NCBI GenBank assembly: GCA_051313645.2
Contig: JBNRSN020000017.1
Location: 14,446,001-14,510,000, forward strand
Direction of reading: 5' to 3'
Length of the DNA: 64,000 nucleotides
DNA from: Centroscyllium fabricii
Lineage: Eukaryota
How positions within the stretch are numbered: the stretch's first letter is position 1; each line of letters begins with the position of its first letter. Made by a program: the position numbers and the translations under genes. The notes beneath the pieces were generated by a model, which saw nothing but the letters and a program-made list of their open reading frames with translations, was not told where the DNA came from and ran no database searches. Shown here in pieces: positions 26,122 to 37,662 of this stretch.

Positions 26122-26253
26122 ATCTAATTGGATAAAGGCAGTCCAGATGTGCAGTAAACCAAGAGAATTTGCCCTAGCTCTTGCAATCCTCGAGTGTGCA
26201 ATCAAACCTGTCGTCATGCTTCCAGTCTGGCGGGATTCTTTAGGACACACCAG
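26122..26253 (+). CDS. BPTF: BPTF coding exon (SNWIKAVQMCSKPREFALALAILECAIKPVVMLPVWRDSLGHT)
   Basis: ttttag|A acceptor, AG|gtgatt donor. 132 bp, phase 2-2; conserved BPTF sequence missed by the ORF track. Confidence 0.96.
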
Positions 26254-27200
26254 GTGATTTTTTTGATTCATTTTGTCGTCTTTCCTACATTTTCTTTTAA
26301 CCTTGGCTTGAGCATTGATTCTTCACCTAGGTTTCTCAAATAAAATAATGCTAGTTAACAAATGTCTACTGTCAATTCTTAAATTAAAGAGGAACATTAT
26401 CCAACAAAGAACTTGATTTGAGTGCAAATTCATATTCCCGCTATTAAAGCAAAATACAGAATCGCAGTCATTTGGTATCTTAAAGGCCCTGGTTTGAACT
26501 GCATTTATGCACCTAATTGCTGTGCCATAGAGAAGCGAGAGTCCGAATTGTGTCCTGCGTTATGGCACACCATGTTGACCTCGACTTGATCATGAGAAGT
26601 CCTTTCCCTTTCTGGAGAAGTGACTCTAAAGGCTAGGTCAGAGTTGACCACAGAGAGATTTCATTCACTGTGGTTTATTGAACATGGTCATGTTGTCTTG
26701 GGCACGAGAGAAAAGGCCAGGTGCTTTCCCACAGTAGTAGATGGAGAGTACCTCTTGTATAATTTGTTCCACTGTCTTCAAAGTGGCATTGTCTGTCTGT
26801 CCTGTTGACCAAGATAATACATGGTGTGAAGGGGATCCAAGATGAGGGAAATTACAGTAAATGGAGCCATTGTCCTCAACACAAAGTAAACAAGTGAGAC
26901 TATAGCACAAAATGGTTAAAATAATGGATATAGACATGTTGAACATTGGTGTGATAACGCAGTGTCATTTCCAGGCTCCTATTTTATTTGAATTGTACAC
27001 TGGGCTTCCAAGCCCATAATGTATAATCTGTGCAGTACCAATCATTTGGAGTTTCAGTCACCCACGACGGTGAAAGGGAAAGAGGAAAGTTGGCGTATCT
27101 GTTGCTCCTTTTGAGTTGCTGTCATGGAAGCTCACTGAGTGACATGTAGTTCTGTTTGGATCTCCAGAATGCAAAGATAATTTTCCTGCATTGATAACAG

Positions 27201-27330
27201 GTTTTATCGATTAACATCTGTTGAAAGAGAAGAAAAGGAGAAAATCAAAAAACGAGAGCGAAAACTGGAGGAAGAGGAAGTTATGCAACAAGCTACCTGG
27301 GTGAAGTATACCTTCCCCGTGAAACATCAG
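27201..27330 (+). CDS. BPTF: BPTF coding exon (FYRLTSVEREEKEK...QQATWVKYTFPVKHQ)
   Basis: taacag|G acceptor, CAG|gtaggt donor; conserved sequence. Confidence 0.96.
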
Positions 27331-27418
27331 GTAGGTTGTCGGGTCACTGGAAAGGGTGTTTTGCCTGCAACCTGTTATGAATGCATGTATTTTCTTGGAT
27401 GCTATAGTAACTTAAATA

Positions 27419-27987
27419 CAGGTTGAGCACCAGTAATCCGTTACCCAAAAAACCGGCAGCTTCGAACGTCCGGCAATAATTTCCCCGACTACGCCGCGCA
27501 TGCGCAAAATGGCCGCCGTGATTAATGCTTCGGTGACTGATCTGCGCATGCGCCGACAAACGATGCGCGCATGCGCAGATCATTCACTGGCCCTCCGAGC
27601 CCAGCCTCTCCGAGCCCCGCCCCGCCTCTCGGAGCCTCGCCCCGCCTCTCGGAGCCCCGCCCCGCCTCTCGGAGCCCCGCCCCGCCCCTCGGAGCCCCGC
27701 CCCGCCTCTCGGAGCCCAGCCCCGCACAGCCTCTCCGAGTCCAGCCCCGCCTCTCCGAGCCCAGCCCCGCCTCTCGGAGCACAGCCTCGCGCCTCCGAGC
27801 CCAACCTCGCCGGGCCTCTCCGAACGACAAGCGCATGCGCAGACCACTCAAAATGGCCGCCAGCCTTTCGCAGCGGCCATTTTGAATGGTCTGCGCATGC
27901 GCTGACCGACGCTTCAATCGTTCGGGAATTTCACTTTCCCGGCACGGGCCTGGTCCGGCCCGTGCCGGATTAACGGTGCTCAACCTG
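27419..27987. mobile_element. CAGGTTG-family MITE with internal ~20-bp minisatellite (~27592-27822)
   Basis: TIRs CAGGTTGAGCACC...GGTGCTCAACCTG, TA flanks; unit CCCGCCTCTCGGAGCCCCGC. Confidence 0.9.
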
Positions 27988-28320
27988 TAGTAGGATGACT
28001 TGACTCTCCATTTGAAGGTCATAAGTTTAAATCCCAAGTTCTTTTAACTTCCTTAAGTTGAGTTCAGTCAGTTTTCAGCTGGCTGCTGCAGGGAATGCCT
28101 TGCAGGGGAGTGGCATTCGTATCTTTTGAAGTAGTTGGAAAAATTACATGGATCTGCCACTCAGGACGATCACCGATCTGTTTTTATCATGGATACAGAA
28201 TCCAAACCTTTGACAGCTCTGGCTGATGGAGGATGCATCATCTAGGGATAGGGGGGTAGGGAAGAGAAAGCGAAGGAATTTTTCTTTAAATGGTATAAAT
28301 TCAACTTAATATTCACACAG

Positions 28321-28456
28321 GTATGGAAACAAAAGGGAGAAGAATATCGTGTAACAGGATATGGTGGGTGGATGTGGATCAGTAAAACTCATGTCCATCG
28401 TTTTGTGTCCCGGCTACCTGGAAATACCAATGTATATTATAGGAAGGCGCTGGAAG
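28321..28456 (+). CDS. BPTF: BPTF coding exon (VWKQKGEEYRVTGYGGWMWISKTHVHRFVSRLPGNTNVYYRKALE)
   Basis: cacacag|GTA acceptor, AAG|gtacgt donor; conserved sequence. Confidence 0.97.
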
Positions 28457-28522
28457 GTACGTTTCAGTTGCATTCATAGTTGATTGTGTCAGGCAATTTT
28501 TGTTTACTGTTGAATATAAATT

Positions 28523-28820
28523 ACAGAATCCCTACAGTACAGATAGAGGCCATTTCGGTCCATCGAGCCTGCACCGACACACATCCCACCCTATCCCCGT
28601 AACCGCACATATTTAATCCCCCTAACACTAAGGGTCAATTTATCCTGGCCAATCAACCTAACCTGCACATCTTTGGACTGTGGGAGGAAACCGGAGCACC
28701 CGGAGGAAACCCACGCAGACAAGGGGAGAATGTCTCTGTGGCGTTTGCACAGTCACCCGAGGCCGGATTTGAACCCGGACCCCTGGCGCTGTGAGGCAAC
28801 AGTGCTAACCACTCTGCCAC
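28523..28820 (-). mobile_element. V-SINE (HE1-like), short-tail variant
   Basis: tRNA-like head and V-domain (GGGTTTCCTCCGGGTGCTCCGGTTTCCTCCCACAGTCCAAAGA); tail ...TGTAGGGATTCT. Confidence 0.9.
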
Positions 28821-28939
28821 TACATATTGAAGATCCAAATTTCAGAAACTGGAAATAACTGCAGGTCATAAACTGCAGTTATTAGACTTGAAGAAAAATA
28901 ATCACTGCTTGTTTGTTGCATCCAAATCAATTTTGAATT

Positions 28940-29913
28940 CAAACCCGCAGGTTCCTACTCCAGAGACTTGAGCATATAATGTAGGCTGACACAGCAGTGC
29001 TGAGGGAGGGCTGCTCTGTCGGAGGTGCCGTCTTTCGGATGAGACATTAAACCGAGGCCCCGCCTGCCCCCTCAGGTGGCCATTATTCGAAGAGGAGCTG
29101 TCCTGGCCAATATTTATCCCTCAACCAACATCACTAAAACAGATTGTCTGGTCATTATCACATTGCTGTTTGTGGGACCTTGCTACATAGATACATAGAA
29201 GATAGGAGCAGGAGTGGGCCATTCGGCCCCTCGAGCCTGCTCTGCCATTCGATGAGATCATGGCTGATCATCCAAACTCAGTACCCCGTACCTGCCTTCT
29301 CCCCATATCCCTTGACAACTTTAGCTCTAAGAACTATAACTCCTTCTTGAATATATTTAATGACTTGGCCTCAACTACATTCTATGGTAGAGAATTCCAC
29401 AGGTTCACTGCTCTCTGGGTGAAGAAATTCTTCCTCATCTCTGTCGTGAATGGCTTACCCCTTATCCTTAGACTGTGCCCCCTGGTTCTGGACTCTCCAC
29501 CATTGGAAATATTCTTCCTGCATCTAGTTTGTCCAGACCTGTCAGAATTTTATAAGTTTCGATGAGATCCCCTCTCATTCTTCTAAACTCCAGCGAGTAT
29601 AAACCTAATTGACCCAATCTCTCCTCATACGTTATTCCTGCCATCCCAGGTACCAGCCTTGTGAACCTTTGCTGCACTCCTTCCATGGCAAGAACATCCT
29701 TCCTCAGATAAGGCGACCAAAACTGCACACAGCACTCAAGGTGTGGTCTCACCAAGGCCCTGTACAACTGCAGCAGGACATCCTTGTTCCTGTGCACCAA
29801 TTGGCTATCATGTTTTCTACATTACAATAGTGACTGCACTTCAAAAGTGCTTGATCTTAGGAGGTCCGAAAGCCAGTCGTGAAAGGCACTGTATAAATGC
29901 AAATTCTTTCTTT
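28940..29913 (+). mobile_element. Deu-domain SINE (SacSINE1/AmnSINE1-related) split by a CR1 insertion
   Basis: GGAGGTGCCGTCTTTCGGATGAGAC..AAACCGAGG core; resumes at ~29790 and ends in an L2-like tail ...TATAAATGCAA..CTTTCTTT. Confidence 0.72.
29185..29790 (-). mobile_element. CR1 LINE 3' end nested in the Deu-SINE
   Basis: ORF 29468..29800 [27 protein letters not shown]; characteristic tail. Confidence 0.92.
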
Positions 29914-30317
29914 GTAGGCATCCCAGACTAGTGAGGTTAAAAGCCTTCTCAAAAAAGTATAGATGAATTTATTTTCTTCCCCACTCCCATCACGCACCCT
30001 ACATGAGTGAATATTTTTACAATTTTCATTTTATACTGGAAAGGTATTTATAAGGTGACATTTCCTGTTAAGGAAATTCTTGTGTGGAAATGTGTACTTT
30101 TCAGTACGAAAATCTTCCAAGATAACGCCAGAGCTAAACATCTTGCAGCTAATGCAAATTTACCCATCCTTTGAGTTTAAAATAATGGGCAAGTTGTTTC
30201 TAAGAGCAGCTGCTATTTGATGCTGATTGTTGTTGCGATTCAAGCTGGTTCCGTATATTTGGTATGAAGATGCGAGTACATTTGTCTAAAATATGAACTG
30301 TTTTGTTCACACCTTAG

Positions 30318-30554
30318 GTGTGCTGAAAGATGGTTCAAATCTGGATAAAAATGAATGCTCCTCTACAGTAAAACCCAAGTCTGGAACCTGTAAGAAACAC
30401 CAATCATCTCAAGACTCGAAGGATCTGCCAGAGAACGACACAGTCACAGACAAGTCATTTGAGATAAAATCAGAAGAGGAAGAAAAAGTCGAAGAGAAGG
30501 AGGAAGTAATGGAAATTGATACAAATCCTGAGTCGCAACAAACTGAAAAGAAAG
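30318..30554 (+). CDS. BPTF: BPTF coding exon (GVLKDGSNLDK...EVMEIDTNPESQQTEKK), phase 1-1, 237 bp
   Basis: ccttag|GT acceptor, AAG|gtaact donor. Ends TEKK like the mammalian exon. Confidence 0.85.
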
Positions 30555-30612
30555 GTAACTGCTATATGCGCATGGATTATGTCGTTTGGTAACACCAGGC
30601 AAGCACTCATTA

Positions 30613-31282
30613 CAGGTTGTGCACCATTAATCCGCCACGGGCAGGACCAGGCCTGTGCCGGGAAACTGAAAAAACCGGGAGAACGAAGTTGGACACTGCG
30701 CATGCGCACCATTCAAAATGGCCGCGCGCATGCGCACAACATTGGGATTGGTTGGCGCGCGCATGCGCAGATCAACCAATAATGGCCGCCGCGAAGTTTT
30801 TTGAGGGGCTCAGGCTTGTGTGGCGTTCCGTTTACCTTTTAGGGCTGTCGGGCAGCAGTGAAAGGCCGGTCTTGCAGGGGGGGAAGGAGGGTTGTGCGGG
30901 CGCAGGTCGGGCCCAGTAGGTCCGCCTTCCCTCTTCATCGCCTTTCGGGTTGCTGCTGCCGCCGAGCCGGACTCAGGCTGACAGCTGTTGCCTAGTGACT
31001 GTCCGCCTCAGTCACGGGGCTCAGCTGTCGAGAAAATAACCGGCGGCCGTATTGAATTATCTGCGCATGCGCTGGCCGTCAGGCGACGCATGCGCAGATC
31101 ATTCAAAACACCCGGCAGCTGTTTTGAATGATATGCGCATGCGCTCGGCGCATGCGCAGATCATTCGTCGAAGCCGCGATGGCGGCTGCCATCTTGCGCA
31201 TGCGCAATGCAGTCGGGGCAATTTGTGCCGGCAAACTGAAGCTGCCGGCTTTTAGGGACACGGATTTTCGGTGCACAACCTG
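30613..31282. mobile_element. CAGGTTG-family MITE, 58 bp downstream of a splice donor
   Basis: TIRs CAGGTTGTGCACC, TA flanks; inverted relative to the 2523 copy. Confidence 0.92.
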
Positions 31283-31701
31283 TACTAACAAAAGGCATAT
31301 TGTTTTTAAACCCGGGTTATTTCCATTCTTTGCATTCCCCATCAAATTTCCTGCACGTACCACTAGCCCCAACCATGTTGATGAATTTGCTGATTATTCC
31401 CAGAAATGTGCCACTGGTGTGCTGGAGGAGGAGGGTGTGAATAACCCCTCCCCCCGACTATTGAATATGAATTTGGTTACGCACCAAGTGCAGAATCTCT
31501 GGCAGTCCCACATCTTAGCACCGTGTGGCACAGGTTGGGAAAGCTCCAGTGAACTGTACCACAGTGTGACCAGAATACAGACAATAAATCTGCCGCACAT
31601 GGAAATTTAACTTTCAAAATTATGTACGTGCTTCTGTTTCCAAAGATATTTTCGTAACTTGTGTGGTATTCTATTCAGGTGCATAGATGTGCACATGAAA
31701 T

Positions 31702-31836
31702 CAGTGTTTCCCCCTAATTTTTTTGCGGGGGGGGGAGGGGGGGCAAGGCACATTCACAGTCCTGCGCATTTAACATTGAAAAAGCTTGTCCCGGGCTATG
31801 TGGGACCGGCAGAGAGTTAGCTTTGAGGTAACGTTG
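31702..31836. mobile_element. Short hAT-type MITE
   Basis: Exact 8-bp TSD CATGAAAT; degenerate TIRs CAGTGTTTCCC...GAGGTAACGTTG. Confidence 0.75.
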
Positions 31837-32185
31837 CATGAAATGGGTGAATTTGATGAGCAGGCAGCATGAAGTGGTGCAGAGATGTCACTGAAACCAC
31901 TGTTCAAATCGCACATTGATGTCGTTTCTATCTAGAATTAATAGTTTCTGAACCAATTTAAATGAAAGTAATTAAAATAGACGGTAAGGAGCTGAGATAT
32001 GCACCATGTCCACTGTATTCTCTGACTTACTGGAACACTGGATATTTTAATGCAGTAATGAAATCAATTAAAGTAGGCCAAAGAGAAATGATGATGGTCA
32101 AATCGCATCAGAAGTTTGACACATGCCCATGAAAATCAACTTGTGTGTGAATGCCCTTGGTTAGTATAACTCATACACGGTAATA

Positions 32186-32944
32186 CAGGTACACAATCCT
32201 TTATCCACAACTCCAAAAACCGAAAAGCTCCAAAAACCGAAATTTCAAAATGACCCAAGTTGCGCCAAACCTGACCGGTTTTGAAAGCTAATTTGAATCA
32301 TACCGGTGTAGTAAGTATTGCATTCCCATCCCATCCCTTGCACTGCTCGATAGGAAATGTAAAAACTGCGGGGTGAGCCCTCCCTCAGCTGAGTCCGGCA
32401 CTTCCCTCCGAGTGACGGACTCGTTCTGCGGCTCCTGCTCCCCCGGCGGGGTGAGCCCTCCCTCCGCTGAGTCCCTCACTGCCCCCGAGTGACGGGCTCG
32501 TTCTCCGGCTCCTGCTCCCCTGGCGGGGTGAGCCCGGCACTTCCCCCGAGTGCCGGGCTCGTTCCCCGCCTCCTGGTCCCTCGGCAGCCCCGCAGGGCTC
32601 TGGCCGCAGCCACGCTGGGCCCCGTTCCACGGGCCGTCGCTGCGGCCTCCCTCGCACAGCGCTGCGCCCGAGCCCCGGTATCAATGACTCTCAATCTCCT
32701 ATTGAAAAAAGGTCTTCCACCTGAAACGTCAACTCTGCTCCTCTCTCCACCGATGCTGCCTGGCCTGCTGAGTTTCTCCAGCATTGTCTATTGTTAGCCG
32801 GCAATCTCCTACCGTTTCAGAGGCGCAATCGGCCGCCAACACGGCAATGCGCATGCGCACTGAGCACCATCCCGAAAACCGAAATTATCAGAAAACCGAA
32901 GACAGCCCGGTCCCGAGGTTTTCGGATAAAGGATTGCGTACCTG
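32186..32944. mobile_element. Tigger-like MITE (CAGGTACACAATCC TIR) with internal repeats and nested Penelope-like fragment (~32700-32795)
   Basis: TIRs CAGGTACACAATCCTTTATCC...GGATAAAGGATTGCGTACCTG, TA flanks; relative at 45242. Confidence 0.88.
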
Positions 32945-33060
32945 TACAACAATTAGATAAAATTTTGTCAAAAAGAAGTTGATTAGATTGGGAGAATTTT
33001 GTCAATGGTCTGAACCTTTGTTTTTCTCTAACTTAATTGTCAGTTTTCTATTCTGTAATA

Positions 33061-33548
33061 CAGGTTGTGCACCATTAATCCGCCACGGGCGGGACCAGGC
33101 CCGTGCCGGGAAATGGAAAAAACCGGGAGAACGAGGTTGGACACTGCGCATGCGCACCCGTCAAAATGGCCGCGCGCATCATTGGTATTGGCTGGCGCGC
33201 GCATGCGCAGATCGGGCCCGGGTCCGCCGTCCCTCTCCATCGGCTTTCGGGTTGCTGCTGCCGCCGAGCCGGACTCAGGCTGACAGCTGTTGCCCAGTGA
33301 CTGTCCGCCTCAGTCACGGGGCTCAGCTGTGGAGAAAATAACCGGCGGCCGTATTGAATTATCTGCGCATGCGCAGATCATTCAAAACACTCGGCAGCTG
33401 TTTTGAATGATCTGCGCATGCGCCGATCATTCGCTGAAGCCACGATGGCGGCGGCCATCTTGCGCATGCGCAGTGCAGTCGGGGCAATTTGTGCCGGCAG
33501 ACTGAAGCTGCCGGCTATTCGGGACACGGATTTTCGGTGCACAACCTG
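33061..33548. mobile_element. CAGGTTG-family MITE
   Basis: TIRs and TA flanks; near-identical to the reverse complement of 2523..3054 apart from a short internal deletion. Confidence 0.92.
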
Positions 33549-34008
33549 TACTTGCAAAAATATCATTCACTCAATAATTTGTAGAAGTTTTTAAAATGAA
33601 TATTTAGCAAGATGCCAGTAATTTTTAACTGAAGTTAATTAGATAGCAGTGGGTGCATTTTTGTTAAATTAAGAATTTCAAGTAGATCTTCAATAATCGT
33701 TCAAATATATTGGCTTTTTGACCTGCCAGTACCTTTTTTAAAAATTAGAAAGTCAAATCGATTTTCAGTGTTCTGGAATAAAACCGGGGAATTAACTCAA
33801 TGTTGGTGTTTTAATTTTGGTGTGGGATTGGGACCCACTGCTAAACATAATGAAGTAGAGAGATCTGATGCCATGCCTTGCAGCATTCTCTGTCCAACCA
33901 GGCAGGGAGCTAATCTGCTTCAAAGTTGGACATGGAGGCACTAGAATGGAGTTAGTATACTCTCCTCCCTATTTTATTTCTCTCCCCCCCCCCCCCCCCC
34001 CCCCCCAG

Positions 34009-34236
34009 CAATGTTCCCTCTAAGCTGTGTGCGCGTGCACGCATGTTATGCAACCAGCGCACAAAGTAAATTAAACTGCGCACAAAAAATTGAGACATAC
34101 GCCAAAATTATCTTAATAATTTCATGTTTACGTGCGCTCAAGAATTCAGTGCGCACATATTTTTTGTCACTGGGACAAATTTGCACAGCATAACATTTTT
34201 ATGCACATAGACCATTTAAAATTAGAGGGAACGTTG
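34009..34236. mobile_element. hAT-type MITE
   Basis: TIRs CAATGTTCCCTCTAA...TTAGAGGGAACGTTG; 8-bp TSD with one mismatch (CCCCCCAG/CCCCCAAG). Confidence 0.8.
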
Positions 34237-34312
34237 CCCCCAAGCCCTGTGAGGAAATCTCCTTGCCTCTACTCGGGGCCAACCTAGATGACTCACCAGG
34301 TCACTTCATTAC

Positions 34313-34716
34313 GGCGGCAGGGTGGCATAGTGGTTAGCACTGTTGCCTCACAGCGTTAGGGGCCTGGGTTCAAATCCGGCCTCGGGTGACTATCTGTGTG
34401 GAGTTTGCACATTCTCCCCGTGTCTGCGTGGGTTTCCTCCGGGTGCTCCGGTTTCCTCCCACAGTCCAAAGATGTGCTGGTTTGGTTGATTGGCCATGAT
34501 AAATTGACCCTTAGTGTTAGGGAGATTGAATATGTGGGGGTTATAGGGATAAGGTGGGATATGTGATAGTTCTTAGAGTTGGGGGGTGTCGGGGGATAAT
34601 GGGGAGAGGGTAGGAGGGGGGTGCTGGGTTTGGATGATCAGCCATGATCTCATTGAATGGCGGAGCAGGCTCGAAGGGCCGAATGGCCTACTCCTCCTAT
34701 CTTCTGTGTTTCTGTA
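34313..34716 (+). mobile_element. V-SINE (HE1-like), long tail
   Basis: Head GGTGGCATAGTGGTTAGC...GGTTCAAATCC (A/B boxes), V-domain, CR1-derived tail. Confidence 0.92.
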
Positions 34717-34859
34717 TTACAGATTATTGAGTGAATATGATATTTTTGAAAGCATGTGACATGAATGGGAAATGTCAGTCTGGGTCAACATCAAGGAGGG
34801 GATGTTTCCAATTATGTAACTCCTCGTGCAGCTTGTAACTGTACCTTATTTTATTTTAG

Positions 34860-37662
34860 AGAACATTGAAAATATTGGTACTGATAAGTTAATAAAGGAG
34901 GAACCAATGAATTTGGATGAGACCAAAAATGAATCCAATTTGAAAGAACAGGAAAAGTTTATCTCTGCCGATCTCATCAATGTGAGTGAGGGCTTTCAAC
35001 TGAGGACTTGGTATAAAAAGAGAGAGAAAACATCTAAATTAGATGGACTGTTGGATCGGCGAGTAAAACAGTTTACACTGGAGGAGAAACAAAGACAAGA
35101 AAAACTGAAGCAGGAAGCCTTAATGAAATTGCCAAAAAATGAACAGAAAAGCATAACTGAAGCCCAGAAATCTGATCGGGCTGAAAACTGTCTTCAGAAA
35201 AAGTCTGACTCTGACTCCGTCGTGCAGGAAAAAGGACATGAGGGGCCGATTTCTCCAAAGGCCACAATTGAAAGCTCAACGGCAACAGTTCAACAAAGCG
35301 CTGTTGAGAAAAATCAAGTCTCAACCCAAGAAAAGGATCCAGCGTTGGCACAGTTGAAGGAACCGAGTGTTGATGATGCAGAGTCTAACCAAAACCATAC
35401 CAAGGAGGCTCCTGAGAATAATATCGAATCAGTGATCACAGGTGGCGAAACCAAGGACCCAGATTTAAAAAGCCAAGAAAATGGTGCCGAAGGCAATACT
35501 CAGCAGTTGGTTGTGGGAAAAAATGCTGTAAATAATGGTTCTGATGTGAAAAACCAGAGCCTGGGGAAGATCTGTGAGCCAATGGTGGGAGAAGGAAATC
35601 GTGACGATCTGAACACAAACACAAAGATGGAAGTGGGTGTTGCTGAAGATGCTAGTGATCTAATGGAGACAGATGAAAACAGTGAAAAAAGCAACTCTGA
35701 AATTAAGGGAAATAAAGAGGTTATTGGAATTACAAATCCTGAAAAGATAGATCCACAAGCCAGTGAAGCAGTTACTGAAAAAAACAGTGGACCAATGATT
35801 GTTGAGGAAAATGGTATAAAAGAATTCCCTGCCCACGAGGAAATCAATAGTATTGAAAATAGATGCCTTGAAAAAATGGACACCGAGGGCTGTGCAGAAA
35901 ATAAGATTTCTGAAATGGAAGCAGCAGAGAACAAACTAGAGAATCGGCACCCTGTTGATCAGGTTAATGGAAAAGATGTTGTAGCATCTAAATCAGCCGT
36001 TGTAATGCCAAACTCTGAACTGGTGCCATCTGAAGCATCAGATGCTGTTGCTGCTCTTAATAACATAGAACCCCTTAAGGAAAAGAGCAGCCCTAAAGAA
36101 AACTCTGAAAATGAAATAAAATCATCAGCAAAGGAGCCACCGGTTAAGCTAGTTATGAATGGAGATATTACCATGGGTGACCCAGAGGAAAAACCTAACC
36201 GAATAGAAGGAAGAACGTTAACAGCTGCTCATTCAAAGGTTCAAGATGGTGTAATAACAGATAAAGCGGAGCATGATGATGCAGTCCCACAGCTAAAGGC
36301 ACCCAGGTTAGATGATGCAGTCCCACAGCTAAAGGCACCCCGGTCAGATGATGCAGTCCCACAGCTAAAGGCACCCTGGTTCGATGATGCAGTCCCACAG
36401 GTGAAGGCACCCAGGTCCGATGATGCAGTCCCACAGGTAAAGGCACCCCAGTTAGATGATGCAGTCCCACAGGTAAAGGCACCCAGGTTAGATGATGCAG
36501 TCCCACAGGTAAAGGCACCCCGGTTAGATGATGCAGTCCCACAAGTGATCGCACCCAGGCTAGATAATGCAGTCCCACAGGTAAAGGCACCCCAGTTAGA
36601 TGATGCAGTCCCACAGGTGATCGCACCCCGGTTAGATGATGCAGTCCCACAAGTGATCGCACCCAGGCTAGATAATGCAGTCCCACAGGTGAACGTACCC
36701 CGGTTAGACGATGCAGTCCCACAGGTGAACGTACCCCGGTTAGATGATGCAGTCCCACAAGTGATCGCACCCAGGCTAGATAATGCAGTCCCACAGGTGA
36801 ACGTACCCCGGTTAGACGATGCACTGTCGCAGGTAAACGAGCCCAGGTTAGATAATATTTCTGAGGTAGTAAATTCTTCCGAAGGGTCGGAACTTTTAAA
36901 TGTGGCCTCAAATAAATCATCAGAGCCTGAAAATGAAGTGAAACCATCGGAAATAGATGGACAGGTGCATAACAAATCCGCTTCTCCGCCTCTTGTTTCT
37001 GTAGCAGACTCCACTTTGAGCAAGAGCTTTAGCGAGCAAAACGGGATAAAATCTGGTGGTGAAGTGGGTGGTATCAATGGGGATCATGGGGTTAGGACGG
37101 TTATTACTAAAATGACCACCACAACTACAACCATTTCCACAGAATCCAAGACTGTTGTCAGTGTAGCTGAGGCTTCTTCTCGGCAGAGCAATATTCCATC
37201 AGTGGTGTCCTCTATTAAGAACTGTGCTGTTGCTTCAACAACAACCACAACAACAACATTCACAAAAGTGACCTCCCCAAAACTAGACAGTGCAGTAGAT
37301 GCCTTGACGGTCACAGAAAGAACTGTTGTCACAACCACAGTGACTGATTCTGTGGCTACTGCAGGTGGGGTGTCAACAACCACCATGACTGTAAGTAAAG
37401 AATATTCCACCAAGGACAAAGTAAAACTAATGCGGTTTTGTCGGCCCAAAAAGACCAGGTCTGGCACAGCCCTGCCCTCGTACCGTAAATTTATCACCAA
37501 AAGCAGCAAGAAAAGCATATTTGTCCTGCCCAACGATGACCTGCGGAAACTGGCCAGGCGATCTGGGATTCGAGAGGTTCCGGGATTTAACTACAATGCA
37601 AAACCTGCACTGGACATCTGGCCGTATCCATCACCGAGACCAACATTTGGCATTGCGTGGAG
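34860..37662 (+). CDS. BPTF: BPTF giant internal coding exon (2803 bp)
   Basis: ttttag|AG acceptor, AG|gtattt donor. Conserved ends NVSEGFQLRT...SKLDGLLDRRVKQFTLEEKQR and SKEYSTKDKVKL...ALPSYRKF...WPYPSPRPTFGIAWR. Confidence 0.97.
36275..36850 (+). repeat. In-frame coding tandem repeat, 16 x 36 bp (DDAVPQVKAPRL)
   Basis: 16 units counted in the translation; 576 bp exactly. Confidence 0.97.

Noticed and set aside
34313-34390. tRNA genes (here and at other A/B-box sites)
   Set aside because: These are SINE heads continuing into V-domain and LINE-derived tails.
36195-37533. Long antisense ORFs over the giant exon
   Set aside because: Shadow ORFs caused by the 36-bp repeat and codon composition.
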